A DNA stretch of 63,684 nt, the filler included, from Collodictyon triciliatum (lineage: Eukaryota), in NCBI GenBank assembly GCA_043381765.1. It is 5 parts of 5 records of this genome, joined end to end, with 100 filler letters (N's around TTAATTAATTAA, not from the genome) between each part and the next. Parts side by side here need not be neighbours in the genome. Positions count along the whole stretch, not along the records: positions 44,155 to 59,505 come from JBHJMP010000005.1; positions 59,606 to 63,684 come from JBHJMP010000010.1; 3 more parts are not named here. One strand, given 5' to 3'. Positions 47,335-59,736 of the stretch are shown piece by piece. Position 1 is the stretch's first letter; each line of letters starts with the position of its first letter. The position numbers were made by a program, and so were the translations under genes. The notes beneath the pieces are model-generated. The model saw nothing but the letters and a program-made list of their open reading frames with translations, was not told where the DNA came from and did not search any database.

Positions 47335-50300
47335 AAACTGTCAGAATTCATAGAGTAATTGATTGCATGCAACTCTGCCGTTACGCTCTATGTTTGGATG
47401 AAATAACCTTTCTCCAATATTTCTTCTTTTTTTTTTTTTTGTCTCATAAGCGGTAATTGTCTCATATAATCACTCATTAGTATAGTTTACGCTTTCTGGA
47501 ACAATTAATCTCTCATAGATGCACTCAGAAGATGTCTTGAAATCACCTCTAGAAAAAAAAAGTGTATTTCTTAAAAAGCAATAAAGGTCCTTGTAAACTC
47601 TACGGACTGGTGTATCTTTGAATGCTCGGATTTGAGCAACTTGTGTTTGATGTTTTTTTTCTATTTACCTTGTATGATTTTCGCCAATCATTTGGGGAGT
47701 ATGGAGCAGTAAATGGAGAAAAACACCGAGAAGACACAGAACGAGATGGAACCAGCAGATGCAAATGAAAATAAAAATCCTCCAGGAGAGCGATACTTTC
47801 CACGGAACTCTATCGACAAAGATGCGCAGCCTATCGCAGGGCGTAACACAAGACCACAGTCAAGGGAATCTCCCTGAAAGTTGCAGATGTGGGTGACAAC
47901 GCCTGGGCTCTAATCAGTATGATATTCACTTTCCACAGCTTCTGAATGCCATCTTTGTCAAACGCGCTAGAATATGCTTGGGCGGTTGTGGGTGAAATGT
48001 AAACAATGGGGCCAGTTTTTCAGCTCAGGGGCTTTTTGAACGCATCTGTTCTGGCTATGCACACAAAAAAAAGTACCCTTTTTGAATCAGGAGTCTTGTG
48101 AAACTGGCGCCTATCTGACTTTTCATCGCCTATTCCATTATTGTGTGGTAATTTCAGTCGAATACTGTTTTTTTATGACCTTGTGAGTTTTTTTCTTACT
48201 GCTGCAATACATGATGCATGAATATTTGCAACCACCGGGCGACTGGATAAGGGTGGCGTTGAATCTTCATCATGGTAAACATTCGAAAAATCGAAGCCCG
48301 GCTTTTCAATATGCTGTCATTATTATATAACTGCATAAACATGGAAACGAATGAACAAATACACGAATAAATTATATACGCGAAAATTGGAATACGTGGT
48401 ATCAAATGTCGTAGGGTAAACTGGTGATTGTACAGAAATAAGAGCTTGTATTAAAAGGGAATGTTTTGTGGCATTTTATGACTCTATTATTCCTATAGTA
48501 CTGGACACACTGTAGTCTCTTGGACAAGAGTTAGGTCATCCTGAAAATAAAAAGAATGAGACGAACTGTGCTCAAATCGAGATTTTAAAAAAAAGCACGC
48601 AGGTAATGAGAAACAGCCTGTCCAAAGCGACGAGACTAGCAGTTTAAGCGAAAGTTCTGAATCTAGGAAACGTGGGCGGCAAAAAACCGAAATGCATGAG
48701 ACTTTGTTGGTTGCTTCGTAGAAATGGAAGTGTTATTTCAAGAATTCTAATGGTCGAGAGGCGGTGAGAATCATTCAAAATTGGTAGGAATTGTCCATTA
48801 CTGATGAAAATCATAGAATAGGAATCTGCAGTGTTTTACACATTCGATGATTTCTCAGCTCTCCTTGTAATAAATAAATAAATAAAATGAATTCTAAAAA
48901 AGCTATCACACTCTATTTTCAATAATCCTTAATTTTAGAGCCTCTCGTTTTATTATCTATTCCACATTATTTTACATCACGAATTCCGGGTGAATGGATT
49001 CAGAAAAGACGCTCCTTCGCACAAAAGGAAAGAAAAAGAACCATGCTCGAAGTGGTTTCGGCTGGCTCTTTTCGTGCAATCAGACTCAACATTATTATCT
49101 TCCTTTTTCGTCAGCTTCATAATGACATGACGCAGCTCTTCACGTCCGCCTGGTCACAAAGTGCTTCCTCACTCCTCAACGAAGAAAGAGCATTACGACG
49201 TCCTGCTGTTTGCGGTTGTTGCTTTTTTTTTTCTTTTTTTGTCTTATCTCCCGCGTTTGCATAAAGACCTCCAGATGTGGATGTTATTGAATATTCCGCC
49301 CTCTGTTGCAAAAAAGGAGACTAATTTCCAAGAAAAGAATTGGGTAATCACACAAAAGTGGAGGAAGCTTTTTGGATGGGCTTGAAAATACTTTGGTGAA
49401 TGAAACATATGGTACTTGCCCGCTGTTCGATGATAGGAATGACTTGATTCCCTTGCAGCTTGTGTGGCGTGGCCTATCCGTTGCTATAGAGCAAACCAGG
49501 AATGAACGAGCCAAGCCTTTTGTCCAAAATATAATAGTGTTATAAGTTCCAGATGTAAATTATGAAAATGGAAAATAATTATCAAAGCCAATAAAAGCTC
49601 AAATGAGAGTAATATACCATCTGGAATCAGACGAAACATTCAAAAACACATACAATGTAATCTTATAATTCTCCTACATAGAAGTTCGGAGCGATTATTT
49701 GCACGTGCTCACAAATTGCAAGGTGTTTCGAGTCTGACTTCAGGACACAGAACAACACACATCCCGCCCACTTTCTGCCCACAAGTCGAAGCGCCTGCTG
49801 GCTCACTTCGCTGGCAAAGCACTTTTATTCTCTNNNNNNNNNNNNNNNNNNNNNNNNNNNNNNNNNNNNNNNNNNNNNNNNNNNNNNNNNNNNNNNNNNN
49901 NNNNNNNNNNNNNNNNNNNNNNNNNNNNNNNNNNNNNNNNNNNNNNNNNNNNNNNNNNNNNNNNNNNNNNNNNNNNNNNNNNNNNNNNNNNNNNNNNNNN
50001 NNNNNNNNNNNNNNNNNNNNNNNNNNNNNNNNNNNNNNNNNNNNNNNNNNNNNNNNNNNNNNNNNNNNNNNNNNNNNNNNNNNNNNNNNNNNNNNNNNNN
50101 NNNNNNNNNNNNNNNNNNNNNNNNNNNNNNNNNNNNNNNNNNNNNNNNNNNNNNNNNNNNNNNNNNNNNNNNNNNNNNNNNNNNNNNNNNNNNNNNNNNN
50201 NNNNNNNNNNNNNNNNNNNNNNNNNNNNNNNNNNNNNNNNNNNNNNNNNNNNNNNNNNNNNNNNNNNNNNNNNNNNNNNNNNNNNNNNNNNNNNNNNNNN

Positions 50301-50496
50301 NNNNNNNNNNNNNNNNNNNNNNNNNNNNNNNNNNNNNNNNNNNNNNNNNNNNNNNNNNNNNNNNNNNNNNNNNNNNNNNNNNNNNNNNNNNNNNNNNNNN
50401 NNNNNNNNNNNNNNNNNNNNNNNNNNNNNNNNNNNNNNNNNNNNNNNNNNNNNNNNNNNNNNNNNNNNNNNNNNNNNNNNNNNNNNNNNNNNNNNN

Positions 50497-51960
50497 CATC
50501 AGTGGATGCCCAGAGCCGGATGAGAGAGGGACTATCATGAGCATAAAACACGACTACGAACAAAACTTCAAAGTGCTCTGGAATTCAGGTAATATTACTT
50601 GTCATTATCTCAAAGACTTCGACTACAATGAGCTTGTCGTTGGAACAGAAGTGAAGTTTGAATTCTCAATTACAGATATGCTGGACAGGCAAGATTTTTT
50701 TTCCATTTTTTTAAATATATTCTGGCATTCAATTTCTTGTAAAAGTTTCTCATCCTATTATTATTTACCCATAAGCCCAAAAAGAAAATTAAAAAGCATA
50801 CTGTGGTATGATTTTGAATATTGTATTAAAAAAATAGGATAAAAGATTCTTTAAACCGGCAGGGTGTCCCATCTGTGTTACCCTTCCATAGTATAATTAT
50901 AATATCAACTCTACAAATATTCAAGTTTTTTGATAAAAATATCATTCAAAATATGTTTTATTTATTAAAGTTTAATACTCTTTTGATTAATTTATTATGA
51001 TATCAGCCATACCTAGGAATCCGATGAATCCGAGTAAATCAGAAAAATTATGCACTTACCCTGTTGAAAATGAAACTCCATCCCTGTCAGATTATGAAAT
51101 ACAAAGCTCGATAGGGTTTGGATTGACGGCAAAAATGTTTTACGGGAAAGCAGGAAAAGACTCTCTGGCTATTAAAGTCATACCAGATGATATCTTGGCT
51201 TTGGACCCTTTAATATCCCTAACAGCTGAAACAGAAGTAAAAAATGCCATGTAAGTGACGTTTTCATAAAAACTCAACCCAGCCTCGTGATTTATTAATT
51301 AATTTTGATTTCGTTTCTTTTTCTTTTCTTTTTATTGAAAGGCTCTTGTTTTTCAACGTATGGTTATATTCATTATTGAAATTATATGTTTATGCACCTC
51401 TTTGAATATTTTCATTTTCCTTCTTTTCGATGAACCTCGATAATAGGTTTGCTGTGTTGTAATTTTTTTTTTTTTTTATTCTTCCTTTCAATTTTGTACA
51501 GGGTGGCGGTGTGTTATAATTTTTATATTTTTATTCGATTCGAAGAGTGTTACCATGTTATCATGAACAGTAACTTTTGTGCAGTGCAAGCTAAGCATTC
51601 TAAAATCACTGATGCATACCTTTTGCAGGAATTTAAAGCACCAAAATATAATTTCGTACAAAGGTGTTAAAAGGACGAAAATTGGTATTGAAATAATTCT
51701 AGAGTTTGCAGAACATCGAAGTTTAAAGCAGTATCTAATACTTGGGGAAGAAATTTCGCCGTTGGAGAAACTTCACATAGTCTGCTTTCAATTCTCATTC
51801 ATTGATTTATAATTGTCCAACATAAATTTATTTACTTTATATCATTTCGAGCTCTGCAGAATTTTAATTATGATTATGATTGTTATTATGATTATTATGA
51901 TTATTATGATTATGATTGTTATTATGATTATTATGATTATGATTGTTATTATGATTATTA

Positions 51961-52046
<86 letters not shown>

Positions 52047-52298
52047 NNNNNNNNNNNNNNNNNNNNNNNNNNNNNNNNNNNNNNNNNNNNNNNNNNNNNN
52101 NNNNNNNNNNNNNNNNNNNNNNNNNNNNNNNNNNNNNNNNNNNNNNTATTATGATTATTATTATGATTATTATTATGATTATTATTATGATTATTATTAT
52201 GATTATTATTATGATTATTATTATGATTATTATTATTATTATTATTATGATTATTATGATTATTATTATGATTATTATTATGATTATTATTATGATTA

Positions 52299-52329
<31 letters not shown>

Positions 52330-53466
52330 TTTATTTTTATTTTTATTTTATTTTTATTTTTATTTTTATTTTTATTGCATATCTTTCTTTTTTTTAAAAA
52401 AAAACCAGGCCAGGGACATCACTCGCGGATTGATGTATCTCCACGGAAATGGCTCCAAGCTCCCTCTTGGAAATTTGAAATCTACAAATGTTTTGGTAAA
52501 TATTTAGTCGTTGAAAGAGCGAGTAAAATATAACATTTACGTATATGAATATTGAATCATATATTTTGGGTGATCTATTAGATAACTAGCGATAAAACTG
52601 CAAAAATAACAGACTATGTAAGTGAACACTTTTGTTTTCAAAAAAAAACCTAAAAATTACCAATACATCAGGAGTTTGTAGGTATTTAATGAACCATTTT
52701 TGTGTAGTTCTACTCTTCAATTGAATATCGCTGCAGAGTTGTAAAAAAGATCCCGCCTGTGCTTCATGTTTGTTTTTATTACCGATTGATTGATTTATAT
52801 TTCATAATGGATACTATCTCTGTATGCCCCATTTCTAGTTCCCATTTATTTGTTAAATTTTTTTATGGCAGTATCTCTCTCCAGAGTACATCTCAAGAGG
52901 CGAATTAACATATGCGTCAGATATTTATGCGCTTGGTAAAGGCTACATATGATTTGTTTATTTGTTTATTTGTTTATTTGTTTATTTGTTTATTTGTTTA
53001 TTTGTATATTTGTATATTTGTATATTTTATTAAAAGCGCACACTTTCAAGCCAAATAAATTTCAACCGATTTTTTCATCAATTATTCAAACCTTCTGCAC
53101 AAAATTGAAAGGAAGAATAAAAAAAAAAATCAATTATTCAAACCTTGTATGATAAAAAAAAAAACATTCGAAACAAAACGAAACATGACAGGCATAATAT
53201 TCTGGGAGTTGGAAGCCAGGAAAAGTCCATTTTCTGACTGGGAGAATTGTAACCCGAAAAAATTTGTCCGGCTTGTCTCCTACGATAATTTGAGGCCTAC
53301 ACCAATAGAATCGTCGCCCCTTGGGCAAGGATTCAAGTCCCTATACGTACGATGTTGGAGCGGCGAGCAATCATCTCGCCCTTCATGCAGAGCCATTCTG
53401 GAAGAACTGGAGCGTTTGGAACAGACCCTTTCCGGTGAAAACTCTCTGCCGCCGCCCATCGAATAA
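50497..53466 (+). CDS. TKL-like pseudokinase, 5' end in a gap
   Basis: IGFGLTAKMFYG, LAIKVI, LKHQNIISYKG, ILEFAEHRSL, RGLMYLH...LGNLKSTNVL, KITDY, YLSPE, SDIYALGIIFWEL, CWSGEQSSRPS. The reading frame needs a probable GC-AG intron at 50689-51016. Confidence 0.82.
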
Positions 53467-53898
53467 ACTGAAGAAATGGACCCCACATTCAATATCTTGG
53501 GTCTTAGATACACCCGTTCTGTAGTCAGAGACGGGCACTTTGCTTCATACCCCCCGCGACCAAGGAGCAGCGAACGAAACGAAAAATATTTATTGTGACG
53601 TGGCGTGACGTTTCTTGTCGTGGTCAGCTTCTATACGTGGAATTAATGACTTTTTTTTAAAAAAAATAAACCTCTGCGCGCTTCGTTCGCATTTGGGACA
53701 GAGGCACAGTGCACAACTCGGCGATCAGGCCACGTTTGCTCGTGATCGGCCATGGCTCGGACCAGAAAAACACTGCCATAAAGCCTTCCCTCATCACGGG
53801 GAGAATAAGTAAAAGGGTTCGGTAAATGGTAGAGATCAGATGGTCGTGGAGGCATTAAGAGTTGCTGGCATGTTCCCTCTATTTTTTTCTATTTTTCT

Positions 53899-54021
<123 letters not shown>

Positions 54022-54618
54022 TTTTTTTTTTTCTCTCTTTTTTTTTTCTCTCTTTTTTTTTTCTCTCTTTTTTTTTTCTTTTTTTTTTTCTTTTTTTTTT
54101 CNNNNNNNNNNNNNNNNNNNNNNNNNNNNNNNNNNNNNNNNNNNNNNNNNNNNNNNNNNNNNNNNNNNNNNNNNNNNNNNNNNNNNNNNNNNNNNNNNNN
54201 NNNNNNNNNNNNNNNNNNNNNNNNNNNNNNNNNNNNNNNNNNNNNNNNNNNNNNNNNNNNNNNNNNNNNNNNNNNNNNNNNNNNNNNNNNNNNNNNNNNN
54301 NNNNNNNNNNNNNNNNNNNNNNNNNNNNNNNNNNNNNNNNNNNNNNNNNNNNNNNNNNNNNNNNNNNNNNNNNNNNNNNNNNNNNNNNNNNNNNNNNNNN
54401 NNNNNNNNNNNNNNNNNNNNNNNNNNNNNNNNNNNNNNNNNNNNNNNNNNNNNNNNNNNNNNNNNNNNNNNNNNNNNNNNNNNNNNNNNNNNNNNNNNNN
54501 NNNNNAAAAAATAAAAATAAAAAAGCATCGCAATACTCCATACTTACTCGGGCAAATAGTTTGCTTCTCGCAGACGTTGGCTCATAACCAAATAATAAAA
54601 CATGACGATAATTTCTAG

Positions 54619-55657
54619 GATGAGCCTGTTCTGCTCATTGGCATCTTGAAAGGCTGCTTCATATTCTTGGCCGACTTGATTCGAGAGATCCCTGGTGATA
54701 CACGTGTCGATTTTATGGGCATCAAGTCATATGAGGGTGAAGCTAGGTGAGTACCTGCAAAGTGCTCTGTAGTCGATGGTAGTTGTTTCGTTTTCTGTTT
54801 TTTCTTCCTATTGACAGCTTAAACTGGACACTTTTATGCATTCTTCCTCTCATCTTCTCTCGGTTCAATTGTTTGTTTTCTCGTTTATATGTTTGCTTTT
54901 TTGCTTTTTTTTGCTTTTCGTTGGGCTAGAATCCAGTTATCTTTGACTAGCCTTTTTTTTTTCGGGGGTGTATTATCGTCTGTCTTTCTGATAAACTCTG
55001 CCTAACCCTTCTCTCAGCACCGGTGAGATCAAAGTCACCAAGGAACTGGGTCATTCGATCGGGGGCATGCACTGCATCATCGTGGAAGACATCGTGGACA
55101 CCGGCTTATCTCTCAACTTCATTCGCGATTACCTTGCTAAGCAGAATCCAAAGTCTCTCAAGGTTAGTCACTCCTTGGCTTTCTATTCTTACAATATGTA
55201 TTTTCTAGCTTCGAAACTGGTTAGTAAATCGTAATATAGCGCTTTGTAATGTTTGGATTTAAAGTCTTCATAGAGCTACTTCAAAATAAGGATTAACGGG
55301 CCCCTCTATTTTAACATATAGTTAATATCCATATTATTCTGAATGAACATACTGCTTCTGTTAGATATGCGTTCTTCTGGACAAGTATGAAGCCCGCAAG
55401 CACGAAGTGGAAGGAATCGAATACATAGGATTCAAAATCCCGAAAAAGTTTGTCATCGGTGAGTATCCTACTATACCAGCCCTGTGTGATCGCCACACTT
55501 TAAATAAACTAGTTGTACTTCTCATGTATCTTCCCGAACTATATATGTCATGGATGCCAGTGAGCATTAAGTTGTCCGACTTTCATTAGGATACGGACTG
55601 GATTGCGATGAGAAATTCCGAAATCTTCCATATATTGGAGAAGTCGTTCCTTTATAA
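54619..55657 (+). CDS. HPRT: Hypoxanthine phosphoribosyltransferase, N-terminus probably in the gap
   Basis: Four exons: LIGILKGCFIFLADL..VDFMGIKSY / IIVEDIVDTGLSL / ICVLLDK..GFKIPKKFVIG / YGLDCDEKFRNLPYIG. The PRPP-binding motif is intact. Confidence 0.95.
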
Positions 55658-56170
55658 GAAGGAATATTTGAGTGCATTAGTCTGCATCAACCAGAAATCA
55701 CTTCGTCGAAACGAATAAAAGATAAAGAAAAAAAGTCCTGTTGATATGAGCCACAGGAAACAAGACCCTCTAGTCAGGGCCCATTCGGCTTTCTGTTGGA
55801 TGCACATCCGTGTCTATTTAATCATTTAATTATTTGGTGTGTGCAATATGACACAAACTCTTTCCTCCTTGAGGTGATATATCGATTCGTAATCCAGCAG
55901 ACAGAATATTTGATCATATACTTTGAATATGCCCTGGGCTATTGAATCATAATTTTTATTATGTAGATTAAAAGGAAGTAATGGCAGAAGAGAAAAGGAC
56001 TAAAATGGGTGACTTAAGGAAAACCAAAGAAGAATAATAGAGAACTAGAGCTCGACAGTGTCGTCCTACATGACGCAATCTAGTGATGTGTCTCCGATTC
56101 TCACTGTATGTTTGGAGCTCAGGCAACTTTGAAACATATACAGTTTTTCTGGGCGAAAAAGAAGGTAATC

Positions 56171-59100
56171 TCATTCATCCAAGTGTCTCGGGTTGCCACG
56201 CCCGCTCGAGCGAAAGATTCGCATCATTCTATCATACTCGTTGATTTGGAAGCTTGCAGAGGCCTCCGCATGGGCTGGGGAGGGGCGCAGGCGCATTTCC
56301 ACCGATATCGGAGGAGACGATGACTGTGCAGGTTTGGCATTTGCAAGAGTCCTACCAAGGTGTTTTCATCCTTTTTAGGCTCAGCAAAGAAAGTAAACAG
56401 AAGAAGAAAAATAGGATGTTTATGAAGATTTATAAACTCATAGAAAGAAGGAAGGGAGAAGAGAGAAGAAAAAAAAAAGAAGAGAAAGCGATGTTGTTTT
56501 TGGTATTGTATATGTTTTGAGAGAAAAATACGGTCTGTCTTTAGGCGGGGAAACCCATCTCTGCTGCGATGGCCGGCTCATTGCCGCTGCTGGCAATGGT
56601 GAAGGAGCCGGGCCAAGATGATTTACATAAGATGCTGCTTTCTAAGATGCATAGAAAACGGTGCGTTACTTCAGACTGACATGTGTGCTTGAACAGCACC
56701 GCTTTGCCTGGAATCCTACCTGTATTCTGTCCCGTATCTTGGCCCAACGCTCCTCTTCGGCTGGGTCAAGGTGCAGTGCGGAATGCGGTCGTGTGGACTG
56801 TGGTGGTGCCGGTGCCGGTACTGGTGTGTTAGAAAAGAACGGATCTCCAGGGAACATGGGACGAATATCACTCGGCTGGGTCCTGTGCATTGTCTGTCTG
56901 AGCTGCGCCTGCATGTCCTTGGGACTCACGCTTTCGTCATCTGGTTCGGCCTCCATGTCATGGTGGTATAGCTCGTCTTCATAGTGCCCCTGAGAGCCTG
57001 CCTCGAATTCCAACTCCCCATCTTCTCCGACAGAACGAGCATAGCTCTGGTCGCCAGCATATAAAGCGTTTGTGTTATTACCTCGTATATCACCTTCTTG
57101 ATGAATGTTCTCTTCATCCCCGTTTACGTCTTCGTCGTATTTATATTCTAATTCGTATTCCACGTCTCCTGTGATATTTTCTTGGTGTCCGCCTTCTCCA
57201 GAGTTCCCTGTGACGGTGCTGCGGAATGAATTAAAGGATTGTCTATTTTCAGAACTTTGCCTAAGGTTGCCCTTCTCGCGGTAGTGGTTTGGTTGCGCAT
57301 CATGCTTTCGATCGTATTCTGGTCCAAGTTCGAATTCAGCCTCCGCTTCAACATGTAAATCAACGTCCTGCTCAAACCCATTTCCCCTGTTAGCGTGAGG
57401 ATGTTGCATTTGCTCATTCCTTTGGTTTGTGCGGTCACCAAGACTCCCATGCTTTGTGGTGTCTGAAAGGGATAAACTCTGGGTGGAGCTTGAAGCTATT
57501 GTCGCTGTCGAGAATCGGACTTGAGCGGCACCCAAGTCTGATTTACGGACAAGCACGGGGCTCCGACTAGGAATAGGGTTGGAATTTTGTTGAAACATAA
57601 TATCATCCTTCTTGGCAAACGATGTAACATTGGGATTGGGATTGTGAGGGTGTGGCTGTGGCTGTGGCTGTGGCTGTGGCTGTGGTGTGTCTTTGCTTGG
57701 CTTTTGATTGGGCGAGGGGCTATGGCGCAGTGGGTTTCCTTCATTTGTGTTGGAAGCATAACCAATGCTGTTTGTTGTCAACGAAATGGGCCTTTGGATG
57801 GGTTCATATGGCTCAAGAGAATCGAATTTGAGGGATAAGAGTTCCTGGGCGCGTCTTGTCAACCGAACAAGCTCACTTTCTGTGGCCACGTCCATGTCCA
57901 AAGGAAATCGAACCGGCTCTGCTGCTTTTGGTATATTTTCTATCGCTGGTGGTGATGTATGGCCAGTTGTTTTGCTGATAGATGATAGGATATCTGGTTT
58001 ATGAAGAAGTGTTCCCCTTCCTGGAGAAGTTGGTGTTAAGGTCGGTTTTGTTGTCTGCGGATTCATTCGAGATATGGCTTCTTTTTGAAATAAATCAAGC
58101 TCTCTGAGTTGCTTGCGAAGTTTCTCTCCTAAATCTTCGTCGGGTTCATATTGTAAGGGTGATATAATGGCAATATCTGTTACTGATTTGTATGATGTCT
58201 GCTCTCTCTTGGGCGGGATAACATCGTATTGGAAAGTAAATGATTCCCGCTCTGGTGCTATTCTAGTCAAAGGGTAGAATTCTTTTCGACTATCATAATT
58301 CTACATTATGATGAAATAAGTTACGAAACCGAAATATGTATATATATATTGATCGATTTATTGTGACATATTTCATTAGAGACAAGCGTGGTTTATGTTC
58401 GATATAGAAAGTGATGATGTAACAATTAAATGTTGTACATGTGACTCATCCACGAATTTTGTCTGTATGATGGGCTCAAATTCATATTTTGAAGATGAAT
58501 TTGCCATAGACGAGAGTAAAGTCCGGTCTAGAGGAGATATCCTAATCTATGTGATTTTAAACATGAGGACAGAGAAAATCAGGGGTCGATGAGGCAACAT
58601 GGAAAATTATTAGGTAAAGCACCGATATTTGTGTGAGAGAAAAACAGTAAAAAGGAACCTTGAGCTGTCCGACATTTTGATTCCTAAAGTTTACTAAATG
58701 GTACCAGCCGTTGATTTCATGCAGCGCAGAAAAAAGAGGAGACAAATCGACCTTTTTTTTTTTTAGATGATTTTTTTGGTATTGTTTTATTCAAATATCT
58801 TTGATGAAAGATATATCTGTATGTTATTAGGTTGATTCAAGCATTTGTTATGAATTCTTTTCAAAAAGAAGAATATTTTCAACTGAAATATGTATTTCAA
58901 TCATATTTTTCATTAATATTTCTAGAATGAAAACCTTTGCTGACCCCAGAGCTTGGTCATCATTAGGAAAAGAATTATGCCCTCGACTTACTAACTCAAA
59001 TGGTTGCTCATCATTAAGTTTATGCCAAATTCGAAAGCATATCGGATTCGACTTTTAAATTGAAGAATTCAAATTTTAATATATTTTTTCGAAATGACAC

Positions 59101-59340
59101 TTCCACTAATTATATTCAAAGAAAAATAATCGAAATTAAAAAAAATATGGATTGGTATGTTTTCAGTTTTCCATATGTACACACCTTGATTTTTGATACA
59201 AAACTGTCGCTAAAAGGAATACGAATGGTATGTAGGGATTTCCATGATGGAGAACATGAATTTTCAACCACTTCTGTCCGATATGTTTCAGTAACGCCAT
59301 CATTTTCCCAAGAAAAACTGGCATACGCATGAGGCGGAAC
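56171..59340 (-). CDS. C2CD3: C2CD3-like centriolar C2-domain protein, C-terminal part, 5' truncated by the scaffold end
   Basis: The C2 domain (YRTEVVENSCSPSW, FRIWHK, VDLSPLFSALHEINGWYHLVNFRNQNVGQLK) resembles the last C2 domain of C2CD3. Also LRKQLRELD and a terminal EYDRMMRIF. Boundaries of the last exon are approximate. Confidence 0.72.
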
Positions 59341-59549
59341 TCTTTCAGCGTTCCTGAGAATAATTTATTTAAAAGCAACTCTTTTATGTTTTATGTTTTA
59401 TGTTTTATGTTTTATGTTTTATGTTTTATGTTTTATGTTTTATGTTTTATGTTTTATGTTTTATGTTTTATGTTTTATGTTTTATGTTTTATGTTTTATG
59501 TGTTTNNNNNNNNNNNNNNNNNNNNNNNNNNNNNNNNNNNNNNNNNNNN

Positions 59550-59561
59550 TTAATTAATTAA
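59550..59561. other. Artificial scaffold-joining linker
   Basis: TTAATTAATTAA in an N spacer. Confidence 0.95.
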
Positions 59562-59736
59562 NNNNNNNNNNNNNNNNNNNNNNNNNNNNNNNNNNNNNNN
59601 NNNNNTGTTTTTGTTTTTGTTTTTGTTTTTGTTTTTGTTTTTGTTTTTGTTTTTGTTTTTGTTTTTGTTTTTGTTTTTGTTTTTGTTTTTGTTTTTGTTT
59701 TTTACTGATTTGGACATTTCATCAAAATTTTAGAAG

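Noticed and set aside
47400-49830. Several short ORFs between the two kinase genes
   Set aside because: No coherent exon chain or domain motif could be supported by eye.
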